Origin: Lama glama
Taxonomy: Eukaryota
Assembly: GCA_028534125.1 (NCBI GenBank)
Contig: CM052817.1
Location: 82,710,001 to 82,774,000, forward strand
Direction: 5' to 3'
DNA length: 64,000 nt
Position 1 is the stretch's first letter; each line of letters begins with the position of its first letter. Shown piece after piece: positions 1 to 11,649 of this stretch. Under the pieces are notes generated by a model. That model had not been told where the DNA came from. It did no database searches and saw only the letters and a program-made list of their open reading frames with translations. The position numbers and the translations under genes were made by a program.

Positions 1-1100
1 ACAGCATTATATCACTTGTGTATTAAGCCACAAAAAGAGTACACGTGGGTATTGAAACATGATGCATAACGTATATGGTTTCTTTAAAAGGTGATGTATT
101 AAATATATTTTGGGAAAAAATAAAGGAGTGTACAATCTGGGTTTTCTTATTAGGATTAAGGAGAAATAATGTATGTTTTCAACCTTTATTACACTTTGCA
201 GTTTTTATTTCCTCCATTATTCCATGATTCCAGATAGGTATCTAAACATAAGGAAGGCAGACTGTTTTCACAGCTGCTCGTGCAAAGTCATACCTATGCA
301 CTGTAGACCACACAGGGGGAGTACAATTGTTCAACTGTTAAAGCAATACTGAAGATGATTTAGTCAAAGTTATTTAACTTCCCTGCTCAATGACAATCTC
401 TGTGTGCATATACTCATCAGTATAAGAACGTATCAGTAAGGAGATTTATCTTGGAGAATTGTGTTTCAGAATAATACGGAAAAGAGGAAGAGTGCATAGT
501 AACATTATAAGATGATTCAAGTCCCATGAAATAGAAAGTAAATGTGAATGATCATGTCAACTGTGCCTAAGAACATGCACATGACATCTCAAACACACGC
601 TTAAGGGTAAGACAGAAATAAGTACAAGTAGAAGCCATAGTGTCATCACGGAGACTAAATTCTGCTTGCCAGTTATTTCTCAGTATATTCAAATGAATTA
701 CAGCATCTCTTTGTTTATTATTCAGCTCAGACTGTCACATCCATTAGATAAATACACACACACACACCCATAACCGAACTCCATCATCAATAGAGAAAAG
801 TGAAATAGAAAGAAAACAACAACATAAATACTGAATCTAATACACAAATACATCTAAAAAGTGACACTTGTAAAGTTAACAAACATCCCTGTGATCAAAT
901 GAATCCCCAACTTGTCTGCAGCCTTCGAACCAATATCCTATCTTCAAGGAAAGGACAGAAAAACTCTCAGGCACTTAAAAATGTAATGTGCCATGTCTAC
1001 CCTTCTTTTAACATTTTAAGTTAAGAACATGAAGATGTGCATTTCATATATCAACATGTTGTTTGCCTTCTTGAAGGCTATCTTCAAGATGGCTTTTCAA

Positions 1101-1203
1101 TATGGAAACAAATGTATGTATATACGCATGACTGGGACATTGTGCTGTATACCAGAAATTGACACATTGTAACTGACTATACTTCAATTAAAAAAAAAAA
1201 AAA
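1101..1203 (+). mobile_element. Very short, 5'-truncated young L1 3' end (camelid-type) with A14 tail
   Basis: 'gcatgactgggacattgtgctgtataccagaaattgacacattgtaactgactatacttcaatt' followed by uninterrupted poly(A) at 1190-1203; resembles the L1 3' terminus of camelid lineages. Confidence 0.8.
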
Positions 1204-1708
1204 GGACTGCTTTTGAAAAAAGAAGAATCAATTATTTAGTGGCTATTGAGTCATAAACATAAAAAGTAACACTTTCATTTCTATTTCACTATGTTACTGA
1301 GTCTTCAGACTGGTTTACAAGTTTATTTAATTCCACAGAGACATGAGGCCAAACCATTAAAAAATTTAGTTTCAGTATTAATGCCAGATAGCTTCAATAG
1401 CTTCCAATAATCCCAAAGGAAATGTACAGCCAGACTCAGTTGCTTTTTTATTAAGTGGCATATCAAATCTCCTAGATCCCAGCCAACTACAACAAAGTTT
1501 TTTCTAAAATCAACTTCCTTGTATGGATATATCTCTCTGCACCTATAATTTTTAATCTACAAAGTTTAAGATGCCTGATGATACTTATTTTTAATAAAAG
1601 TAACTGTTATTTGTTGCATTTTTACCCTTCTTTAAAGCCTTTTAAACGTACTAACAAATTTAATTTGCAAGACTACACTATGAAATATGTAAAATTAAAA
1701 ATAATTAA

Positions 1709-1855
1709 AGAGTACAGATCTTCTGTCTGCTTAGGCAGGTTTATTCCTAGGTATTTCGTTCTTTTTTGATGTGATAGTAAATGGAATTGTTTCCTTAATT
1801 TCTTTTTCTGATACTTCGTTGTTAGTGTAAAGAAATGCAACAGACTTCTGTATTG
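1709..1855 (-). mobile_element. L1 ORF2 fragment, inverted 5' part of a twin-primed L1
   Basis: Reverse complement 'cagaagtctgttgcatttctttacactaacaacgaagtatcagaaaaagaaattaaggaaacaattccatttac...aaatacctaggaataaacct' is the L1 RT C-terminal region (KYLGINL motif). Confidence 0.85.
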
Positions 1856-1865
1856 TAATATAGTA

Positions 1866-2870
1866 CCAATATCAAAAAAATTAACAACCCAATCAAAAAA
1901 CGGGCAGAAGATCTAAATAGGCCTTTCTCCAAAGAAGAGATACAGATGGCCAATAAGCACATGAAAAGATGTTCAATATTGCTAATTATTAGAGAAATGC
2001 AAACCAAAACTACAATTAGGTTATCAGCCTGTACTGGTCAGAAAGGCCATCACTAAAAAGTCTACAAACAATAAATGTTAGAGGGTATGGAGAAAAGGAA
2101 ACTCTCTGACACTGTTGGTGGGAATATAAATTGGTGCAGTCACTATGAAGAAAAGTATGAAGTTTCCTTAAAAAAACTAAAAATGGAGTTACTATACAAT
2201 CCAGCAATTCCATTCTTGGGCATATTTCTAGAGAAAACTTCAAGTCAAAAGATCCATGCACCCCCCCAATGTTCACAGTCACTATTTACAATAGTCAAGA
2301 CATGGAAGCAAACTAAATGTCCAACCACATTTGACTGGATAAAGAAGATGAGGTATACATATATAATATATATGTATATATATATAAAATATATATACAC
2401 ATACACAATGAAATATTATGCAGTCATAAAAAAGAAATAATGCCATTTGCAGCAACAGAGATGGACCTAGAGATTATCATATTAAGCAAAATAAGTCAAA
2501 GACAAATATATCACTTATATGTGGAATCTCAAAAATGATAAGTGAACTTATTTACAAATCAGAAATAGACTCACAGACATAGACAACAAACTATGGTTAC
2601 CAAAGGGGAAAGGGGGGATAAATTAAGAGTTTTGGATTAACAAATACACACTACTATATATAAAACAGATAAACAATAAAGACCTATTGTAGAGCACAGG
2701 GAACTATATTCAATATCTTGTAATAACCTATAATGGAAAACAATCTGAACAAGAATATATATATATATATAGATATATATATAGATATATATCTGATTTA
2801 ACACATATATGTATGAATCAGTACATCTGAAACTAACACAACATTGTAAATGAACAATACTTCAACAAAA
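1866..2870 (+). mobile_element. L1 ORF2 C-terminus and 3'UTR (cetartiodactyl-type), decayed
   Basis: ORF 2075..2440 carries L1 ORF2p C-terminal motifs ([28 protein letters not shown]); 3' end 'ctgaaactaacacaacattgtaaa'; internal (TA)n. Confidence 0.92.
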
Positions 2871-2885
2871 AATAATTTAAAGAAG

Positions 2886-3020
2886 AAAAACCTGATTCAA
2901 AGAGAGCTCAGGTTTTTTTCTAAAAGTCATTTAACTAGTAAAGTGGCAAAGCAAGAATTTGAACCCAAGCAGACTGGCCTTTAAGCCTATACTCATAAAC
3001 ACAGTGTTAATCTGCCTCTC
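2886..3020 (-). mobile_element. MIR SINE fragment
   Basis: 'aaagtggcaaagcaagaatttgaacccaagcagactgg...ctgcctctc' matches the antisense MIR head/core. Confidence 0.7.
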
Positions 3021-4254
3021 TGCTTAGTGTCCACTCTTCGTTTTAAAACTGTAACAAAAGATAACACCAACTGCAGTTTACAAAGAAAAGCTGTTTGATC
3101 CATCCATATTTATCCTGAACATCAAAAGGATTCTGAACGTGCATAAAGTTTTATATAGAAATGAAACGTTCTGGCTTATGTCAGAATCAATATAAAAGAT
3201 TAGAATAACCAGAAGTTGGAAGAAAAATGCTAAGTATCTAAATATCTGAGTCTAGAGTACTTGAACCAAACACTAAGTGAAACAAACAAAAAGAAGATAG
3301 ATGTGCAAAAAGGAAAAATAGGTAAAAATGTAAATATTCCCTCAAAACAGATTTACATGACACTACTAATATTTTTCAGCTCTCAAAGCTGCGTAGTGAT
3401 AATATTTAGAATAACACATACAGTGATCATGCTTTTTTTTTTCTTTCTATAGTTTAACTTTAGGCACACACACACTGCCAGTGGAGCCTCATAGTCCATA
3501 GGGTGGGAAGATCTAGATAAGCCTTCTTACAAAGGTAACAAAATAAACATGAAGATTAAGGTCTGATAGCTACTTGGTCATATATTTTATTTTTTCATTA
3601 GCTATATTTAAATAGAAATAGTTATTGAAAATACAAACCTGTGCACTTTATGAAAATATAAAACACAAACAGGGAAAAATAAGTAGCAGAGCTGCAGCCA
3701 CAGTCTTGGTCTATTCCAGTTTGAATCCTTAAAAAATCTGCTTGGATTCTTCTACTTCAGAAATACACAATAGTTTCCAAAAGTCAACTTTCATCAATAT
3801 TTCACTGTAATTTTATCTCTAGCCTCTTTTACTCTTTCATCTTCATCTAACGTAGTTAGATTCATTCCAACAAAAATCAACTTGCTACAAAGACTTCTAT
3901 CTTTAGAATTGAAAACATCAGAATATTTGTTGGTCTGAAAGAAAGCATCTGCATGCTAGAATTTTTCATTTTTCACTTGGACATTTAGTGCCATAAAGAC
4001 ATAGCTGTTTTCCAGAGATATGACAATATTTTAATTTTAGATATTTGATTTTTTTGGCCAATTCTTCAACTTTTAAGGGGTCCTCTGTTAAGCCTATTTT
4101 TTTCTCTAGCTAAATTTTTAAAAAGAGCTACATTTCTACTAAACCAAGGCGGATTTTAATTGCAAAGGGGTTTTTCATTTATTTTGGATGTCAAGATTTC
4201 CTTGTGGGTGTCATGCAAGCAAAAGTGTGCAGAGTTGTTAGCACCTTCATTTGC

Positions 4255-5690
4255 AGTTGAGTTTTTACTGAGATGAAATTTATCTTTAGTGTAAAGCAGA
4301 GATATTAAATATGTATTTTGATGAATTCTGACAAATATATATACTCGAGTTATCAATCCACTGTTTAAGATACAGAATGTTTCAATCACACCAGAAAATT
4401 TATTTTCCCCATTGTCAATTTTCATCACCCATTGGCAAATACAATTCTGATTTCTATCACTATATATTTCTAACGCCATATACTGTTCTTGAATTTAATA
4501 CATTTGATACTTCTCAAATTAGTGTTTGTGTATGGTATGAAGTAACAGTAGATAGAATATACTTTTTCCTATTTATTTTTTCAGTTTTTCAAGAACATAC
4601 ATTTTCCCGTGGAACTGACCTAGTGCCTAGACTAAACACTGATCATATAAATGCACATATATGGACTGTCTTTATTTTATTGATCTGTTTGTCTACTCTC
4701 TTCATTACTTGTAGCTTTAGAGTAACTCTTGAAATCATGTAGTGTAATTCCTCCAATGCTGTTTTTTTTTTTTTATGGTTATTTGGACAACTGCAGGTCC
4801 TGGGCATTGACACACCATGTTAGAATAGGCCTGAAAATTTCTACTGAAAAGGCTGTTGGGATTTTGACTGAGAAAACTGAGTCTCTACATCAATTTGCAG
4901 AGCCTTAAGTTAGTATCAACACAGAATCTTCCAGTCCACGGACTTGGCATTAACTTAAGTCATCTTTAATTTCTCCTGCATATTTTTTTCAATGTGCAGT
5001 TTTCACACACATTTTCTAAATCTTACCTAAATTTTTCACAAGTTTTGCTGTACTTTAAAATAGTATTTTAAAAATTTAAATTTCCATTTGGTTTCTTCTG
5101 TAATATAGGAATAAGACTGGTTTTTACTTACTATCTTTTATCCTATGAACTTGCCAAATTTATTTATATAGTCTAATATTTTGAGGGGGTAAGAGGTAGA
5201 ATTTTCTTAGGTAGTGAAGTATGTGCATTGGGTAGAAGAAATGTGCTCACTTTTCTTTCTAATTTTTATGTCTTTATTTTATTCCTTGCTTTATTGACCT
5301 GTAAACAACTTTGAGTATATTTAATAGAATGGCAAGAACAGATATTCCTCAGAGGAAGCACTCAATATTTCACCCTTATGATAATGTTGCTATTGGTTTT
5401 TCATGGATGTAACTTACACATTGAGAACATTACCTCTATATCTAATTTACTGAGAGTGCTTATTGAGAGTATATGTGTTGAATGCTTTTGTCCACATCTA
5501 CTGAGAGCATTTTTTCCCTCATTTAGATATTTACGCTGATCTATTTTTGAATGGAAAATCAGCTGTGCATTCCTGAGATAAACATAAATTGATTATAATA
5601 GAAATTCTAAACTTTGATTAAGGATTTTTCATTCAATTTTTAAGAGGGATATTAATTTGGGATAATAATGATGTCATTTTTATGACATCA
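4255..5690 (-). mobile_element. Old L1M (3'UTR plus ORF2 pieces)
   Basis: Antisense L1 hallmarks: 'gatacagaatgtttcaatcacaccagaaa', 'gtagtgtaattcctccaatgct', 'ctgttgggattttgactgaga', 'ttacctctatatctaatttactgagagt'. Confidence 0.75.
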
Positions 5691-5696
5691 GGTAAG

Positions 5697-5807
5697 TTCA
5701 TGTTTATTTTTTTAATTTTATTTTTATTTAAGTGTAGCTGATTTACAATATTAGTTTCAGATTTACAGCAAAGTGGTTCAGTTACATATATACTTTTCAT
5801 GTTTATT
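5697..5807 (-). mobile_element. ~90 bp L1 3'-terminal insertion with perfect 12-bp TSD
   Basis: T-rich tail then 'aagtgtagctgatttacaatattagtttcaga'; 'ttcatgtttatt' present at 5697-5708 and 5796-5807. Confidence 0.8.
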
Positions 5808-7829
5808 ATCTTATCTCTCAGTTATAGGAGCATATATGAGATAAATGTATGTAGATATATTTACTTATTTTTGTTGTGTTTTATCCTTTGCTAGGTTGTC
5901 AGTTTTAATAAGTTTATCAGTCTAATTCTAAGGTTGGAACTACAGCAAATTATTTTCTTAAAATATGGGTTGGTACTTCACAGTCAGAGTCAAAGATTCT
6001 GATAAAAACACATGCCAGCTTTAAGACTCACTCATAACTTTATAGGATTGAGTGGGGAAGACAATGGTTGAACCCCAGCCAAAGAAGGGAGTTTATGTTC
6101 TATTTGAATCCTGACAATAGTGGAGAAAAAAGAAAATGCAAATAAATTAAATTACAACAGCCGATGGGTCCCCAAATATCTTGGAATTAACCCTTAACAG
6201 TTATTGTCAGGAGAGAAACAGCTATCTGCCAGCAAGCCCCAGTAACTGGATCAGTAATGGCCTAAATCAGGATATATCTACTGCTGCTCTGGAAAGATGC
6301 TGGAAACTCCTCTGGCTTTTTTCAGAAGGAAAATGAATTTGGGGATGTGAAATCTGGTCCTAAGGACATTAACCAAAAATTTAGGTCTCCTCTCCAAAGA
6401 TGTCAGGTGAAAAGATTTGGGAATCTCCAGGCAAAATGTGACTCACTGATCTTCTATCAACACATATCTAAAACTTGTCAAAACATTCACATTTCAGTGG
6501 TACTAAAATTCAAACAACTGCTTTAGTATACGTTGTACCTGCCAGTTTTACATCTATGCTGTGTGGATTTTACTCTAGTGGACACTCCAGTGAAAAATGA
6601 AAAAAAGATTCACACTAAGATGGATTTTGTTGCCGTCCTTTGCTCATTTAGCCGAGGCCCCTGATGCGGAATTAAGACTGTCTCAGACATGATACACTAA
6701 GCATATAGATTTTCTGTTACTTGCCTATGGTTGAATCTTGATAAATTCACTTTGTTAATGAAACTAACTGCTTTAGTGCAACAAGTTTACCCCTAATCAG
6801 AAGTCAACATTGCTCCTTTTTATCTATAAAGCAGAAAACCAATCATAGCTGAGGGCACAGGGTGACTGTGCCCAGGTGAATACTACTTGCATGAAACTCC
6901 CTGCAGCAAGAGAATCATTTTTCTGCCTAGACCCTCTGCTTGGCCTGTGCTGCGAAACTTTTTCTCTAAAAAGTAAAACATATCTGTCTTCTTAGACATG
7001 ATTCAATTATTTGTAATGATTTTTTATTTCTCTCTTCAGATTACTTACAAAAATAGCATGTCATTTTCTCCTGTCCCCCTCACCCCTACACAAATACTTT
7101 CTCTTGACCTTCATTTGAACTCATAAAATAAGAATTTTATAAATATCCTCAAAGCACAAGGTCTCATTAATTTTTTTTGTATCTCTTTCTGGCCTTAAGC
7201 TTTCATTATTGCACCTGCTAGAGTATCTTGCACACAAATTAGTAGATTTGACATTCTGAAGATAGCTGCTGTTAATAAAAATTATAGATATTTATTTTAA
7301 GTAGTATGACTGGAAATCATCCAACAGATCCTGGGGGTAGCTTGAGCAGAATGAAAGCAAAAGCATCCAAAAACTATTCCTTTGCCATATGGTATCAGAG
7401 GTCTAAGAAACACCTTAGTACATTTTTTAGCCTTATTACTTACTGAATTAAAATTAATCTATACAAAAAGTATTTATAATGGCATGGATTAATGTTAAAA
7501 CAATATACTTAAATGACATTTTAATTAATTTATCACTGTCATAGATAATATTTATATGATTGCCAAAATTCATTCAATACTACTGTCAACTATATATTCC
7601 TTCATTCCTTTATTTTACTTGAAATGTAACACATGCTTCTATTTCTAAAATAAAATAATGTAAATGATGTAAACTCTCTCAACCAAAAGCTAGTCTTCTC
7701 ATGTTCATAATCACTTGAGTTGGTACACACATATACACACAGTCTTCATTCACAAATTAGATCACAGTGTAACACTATTATTTTTTTCATTTAGTATTAG
7801 CCACATTTTAAACTTCTCCATATAAGTAA

Positions 7830-8535
7830 ATTTTTTTTCAAAATTACGGCAAAACCTAGAAAATTACCATTTTAAGCATTTTACTGTGTAGCTACTTATT
7901 AAGTATACTCACATCATTGTATAATCAAACTCCAGAACTTGTTCATCCTGCAAAATTGAAACTCTATACCCTTTAAACAAGTCCCCTCCCCTGGGAGCCT
8001 CTTGCAGCCACAATTCTATTTTGTATTTCTATGAATTTGACTACTTTAGACATCTCATATAACTGGAGTAAAACAGTATTTGTCTTTTTTGAGGCTGCCT
8101 GTTTCACTTAGCATAATGCTCTTTAAGTTTATCCATCATGTATCATGTGTCACAATTCCCTTCCTTTTTAAGGCTGAATAGCGTTTCAGTGTAGGTATAC
8201 ACCACATTTCGTTTACCCATTTTTCCTTCAATCGACACTTGGGTTATTAAGACCTTTTGGCTATTGTGAATAATGCTGCCACAGACACATATGTAGAAAT
8301 ATTTCTTCAACATCGTGCTTTCAGTTCTTTTGATTGTATACCTAGAAGTGGAATGGCTGGACCATATATGGAAATTGTATTTTAATTTTTTGAGGAACTA
8401 CCATACTTTTTTTCATAGTGACTGTACCATTTTACATTCTACCAACATTATACAGGCATTCCAATTTGTCCACATCCTCACAAACATTTGTTATTTTCTT
8501 TTTTTTTTCTTGACAGCAGCCATACTGATGACTAT
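7830..8535 (-). mobile_element. L1MA/L1MB-type 3' end
   Basis: 'ccagaacttgttcatcctgcaaaattgaaactctataccc', 'ggctattgtgaataatgctgc', 'cctagaagtggaatggctgg'; ORF 8315..8554 is an antisense-L1 peptide. Confidence 0.88.
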
Positions 8536-8551
8536 ATGGTTCTCCTTCACT

Positions 8552-8765
8552 TAAAAAAATTTATATATATATATATATTTTTTTATTTATTTGTTGAAGT
8601 ATAGTCAGTTTACAATGTCATGTTCTGGTGTACAGGACAATGCTTCAGTCATGCATGAACATACATATATTCATTTTCATACTCTTTTTTTACCATAAGT
8701 TACTATAGTTTCCTGTGCTATACAGTAAGAACTTGTTGTTTATCCATTTCATATATATCAGTCAG
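8552..8765 (-). mobile_element. Camelid-type L1 3' end
   Basis: 'ttgaagtatagtcagtttacaatgtc...ctggtgtacag...cagtcatgcat' is the reverse complement of the same terminus family seen at 1101-1203. Confidence 0.8.
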
Positions 8766-9475
8766 CTACATCACTTTTTAAATGTTGCACAGTATTTCTT
8801 AAATGATTATATATCAGCTTATTTAGCATTTTACCTTTGATGAACTTTATAATTATTGTAATGTTAACACTGAAATAAGAATTTTGTGTATTTATATTTG
8901 TATATGTATACAGTTTTGTCCTAATTGAACACATTTCTGTAAATGGAGTATCTGTATCTAAATGTAAATGCATTCACATTTAGACAGATTGAAAATGGGT
9001 TTTATAAGTATTTTTTATTCATCTTTTTGGAATATTTATAGAAAGAGCAAAATACTTTCTTGTGTCTCCTTATCCTTACACATACACTTTAGCCAAAATG
9101 CCCTCTAAAAGTGCTCAAAAGAGTCTGCACTCTAGACAAGAGCACAGGTGGGCAGCTGTCTTCCCTAAAGCTTCTCGGTCCTGATGTGATTCCCCTGTCT
9201 CAGTCTCACTGGTGTGGTAGAGAAATTCTCCATCATTTTGATTTCCTTACCTTTAATTAGGATTGACTTACATTTACTTTTTTTTTTCTTTTTTTTCTTC
9301 TTCTGTGAACTAAACAGTCACATTTCATGCCCAATTTTTACTATGATTCTGTATCTTTCTACTGATTCACAGAAAATCCTTGTAAATTAAAGAAACTAGT
9401 CTACTTGTTGCCACACTAGTCTCAAATACTGTTTCTGTATTTGGCTAAGATTTATCAGTTTCACTGATTTTTGTC

Positions 9476-9673
9476 AAAGAATCAGCTTTTGTTTTTATTT
9501 TGTTATATTCACTAGTTTGTTATATTTTTAGATTCCACATATAAGTGATATCATACAATATTTGTCTTTCTCTGTCTGACTTATTTTACTTAGCATAATG
9601 CCCTGCAAGTCCTTCCATATTACTGCAAGTGGAAAATTTCATTAGTTTTTTATGGCTGAGTAGTATTCCATTG

Positions 9674-9713
<40 letters not shown>

Positions 9714-9959
9714 CTTTAATTAGGATTGACTTACATTTACTTTTTTTTTCTTTTTTTCTTCTTCTGTGAACTAAACAGTCACATTTTATTTATCCTTTAT
9801 CTGTTGATGGGCACTTAGGTTGCTTCTTCCTTGTCTTGGCTATTGAAAAATAATGCTGCTATTAACACTGGTGTGCATGTATCTTTTTAAATTAGTGTTT
9901 TTGTTTTTGTTTTTTTAGATATATACTTGGGACTGGAAATATAAAAGAATCAGCTTTTG
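9476..9959 (-). mobile_element. L1 3'-region insertion with perfect 16-bp TSD, nested in an older antisense L1
   Basis: 'aaagaatcagcttttg' at 9476-9491 and 9944-9959; interior 'gattccacatataagtgatatcatac...ggctgagtagtattccattg'. Confidence 0.85.
9675..9711. repeat. (GT)n microsatellite
   Basis: About 18 perfect TG units. Confidence 0.97.
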
Positions 9960-10319
9960 ATTTTTGCTGATTTTCTTGATTTCCTTTATATTTTCAGCTT
10001 CAATATTTGGGCTCTAATTTTTTTTATTATTTTCTTTCTTGGGCTTGCTTTAGGCTTAAAATTGTGCTTCTGACTCTAAGTCCTAAGGTAGAATCTCTAG
10101 TAAACTTTGATGTTATATTTTCATTCCCCCTTCATCACTTTTTCTACTTCATCTGGACAGATTTGGGCCAAACAGTATAGTTATTCATCTTTGGATAATC
10201 CATACTTCTCAATTTACTAGGAATATGGCCATCCTTACTTTCAAATTGAAATTTAAAATAATTACACACAATTTTGTCATCATGATTAGACACATGTACA
10301 GCAAGCAGCTCACACAGAA

Positions 10320-10420
10320 ATGTCACCACGTCTGCCTCATCCTCCACTAAAATTCCAATGTTTAGCATAGTGATTGGCATACAATAAATGTTCGATAAAT
10401 ACTTGTTGAATGAAAAAAAA
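10320..10420 (+). mobile_element. L2 3' end
   Basis: 'tagcatagtgattggcatacaataaatgttcgataaatacttgttgaatgaa'. Confidence 0.75.
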
Positions 10421-11649
10421 AAGAAATGTTACTAATAAACGATTGTTAGCTTCTCTCATTTCTAAATTGCTCTTTCTAGAAAATCAGTTAAAATGTTCAC
10501 CTCCAAGAATCTTTGTACCTTCAATGAAATATTATTTAAGAATAAGGTTTTCTAAAGGTAATTATTTTATTTTATAGAACTTCATACATCACCTAAGGAA
10601 AGTGAAGATTAATATTTAGGTATTCTCTCTCTGCCTTATACACTTCCAAATTAATTTCATACCTCTTATTCAACTTGAATTTATTCAAAAAATGATTTTT
10701 TTAAATCAAGAAATATTCAGTCAGCATAGTGCACATTTGAAGAAAATCCCTTGAAATACACTAGGGCAAATAAGACAAGAACATTAAAGAAAGTAATGTT
10801 AGGTGAGAGAGTGGAGAGGATGGGGGTGGTCACATCCATCTAGCACCACTTCTGAGAAGTAGTTACCATGACAATATAACATGTACCAAATTGGAGGAGT
10901 ATACCTAGAGTTAACAAACATTTTCACTATTGGAGATCTGTGTACATTATGTTGAATTCAATTAGAGTTCTTTCTGTAGATTCTTTTAAGAATCCTATGG
11001 AAGGTGTGTGGTTAGAGATATGGCAGGTGTTTGGAGAAGTGAGGATTAACTTTCTAAAGATCTATGCTATCAGTGTGTTATAAACATGGTGTTAAATGTG
11101 AAGCAGAGGTCATAGGATTTTAAGGGCATTATTACTGACCTGTTCTCAGCTTCTAGAAGAATAATGTCCAGGATGAAGATTTGGGGACAAGAAACAGATT
11201 CATAATTTAGAAATATCTTAAATTTTGATGATAAAATTAACCTATTCAGAGATAATTTTATGATTTTCACCAAACACATTTAGCCATAACCAGCATAAAT
11301 TTTATCAACATGAATCCAGCCATCATAGCTGGCTCATTTCAAAGTAGCAGAACAGGTCAAAACCTGAGAGGTTCTCTCTAGAAACCCTAAAAAGTTTTAT
11401 CTGAGCTGATCCCTAGTGCAGAGATTTTTCACTGTTTTGGAGGCAACTATATGGCAGAAACTTTCTCAAAATGCCTCCACACCTGATTCCAAGCCCCCAC
11501 CTTAAATCCCTCATGCAGCTGATCAGCTGAAAAACTAGAGAACAATTTCAAATTCTAGTTAGAGAATTTCATTCAATCAAAACTTACATTAAAATGCTTA
11601 GTAATTAAAGAGATTCTAGCTCCATTATTTTGGATTTGATAATGGCAAG

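Noticed and set aside
2075..2440. 121-aa ORF
   Set aside because: Decayed L1 ORF2 C-terminus with frameshifts, not a host gene.
5669..5690. 9-bp perfect hairpin tgatgtcat-tttt-atgacatca
   Set aside because: Short enough to occur by chance in 64 kb of AT-rich DNA.
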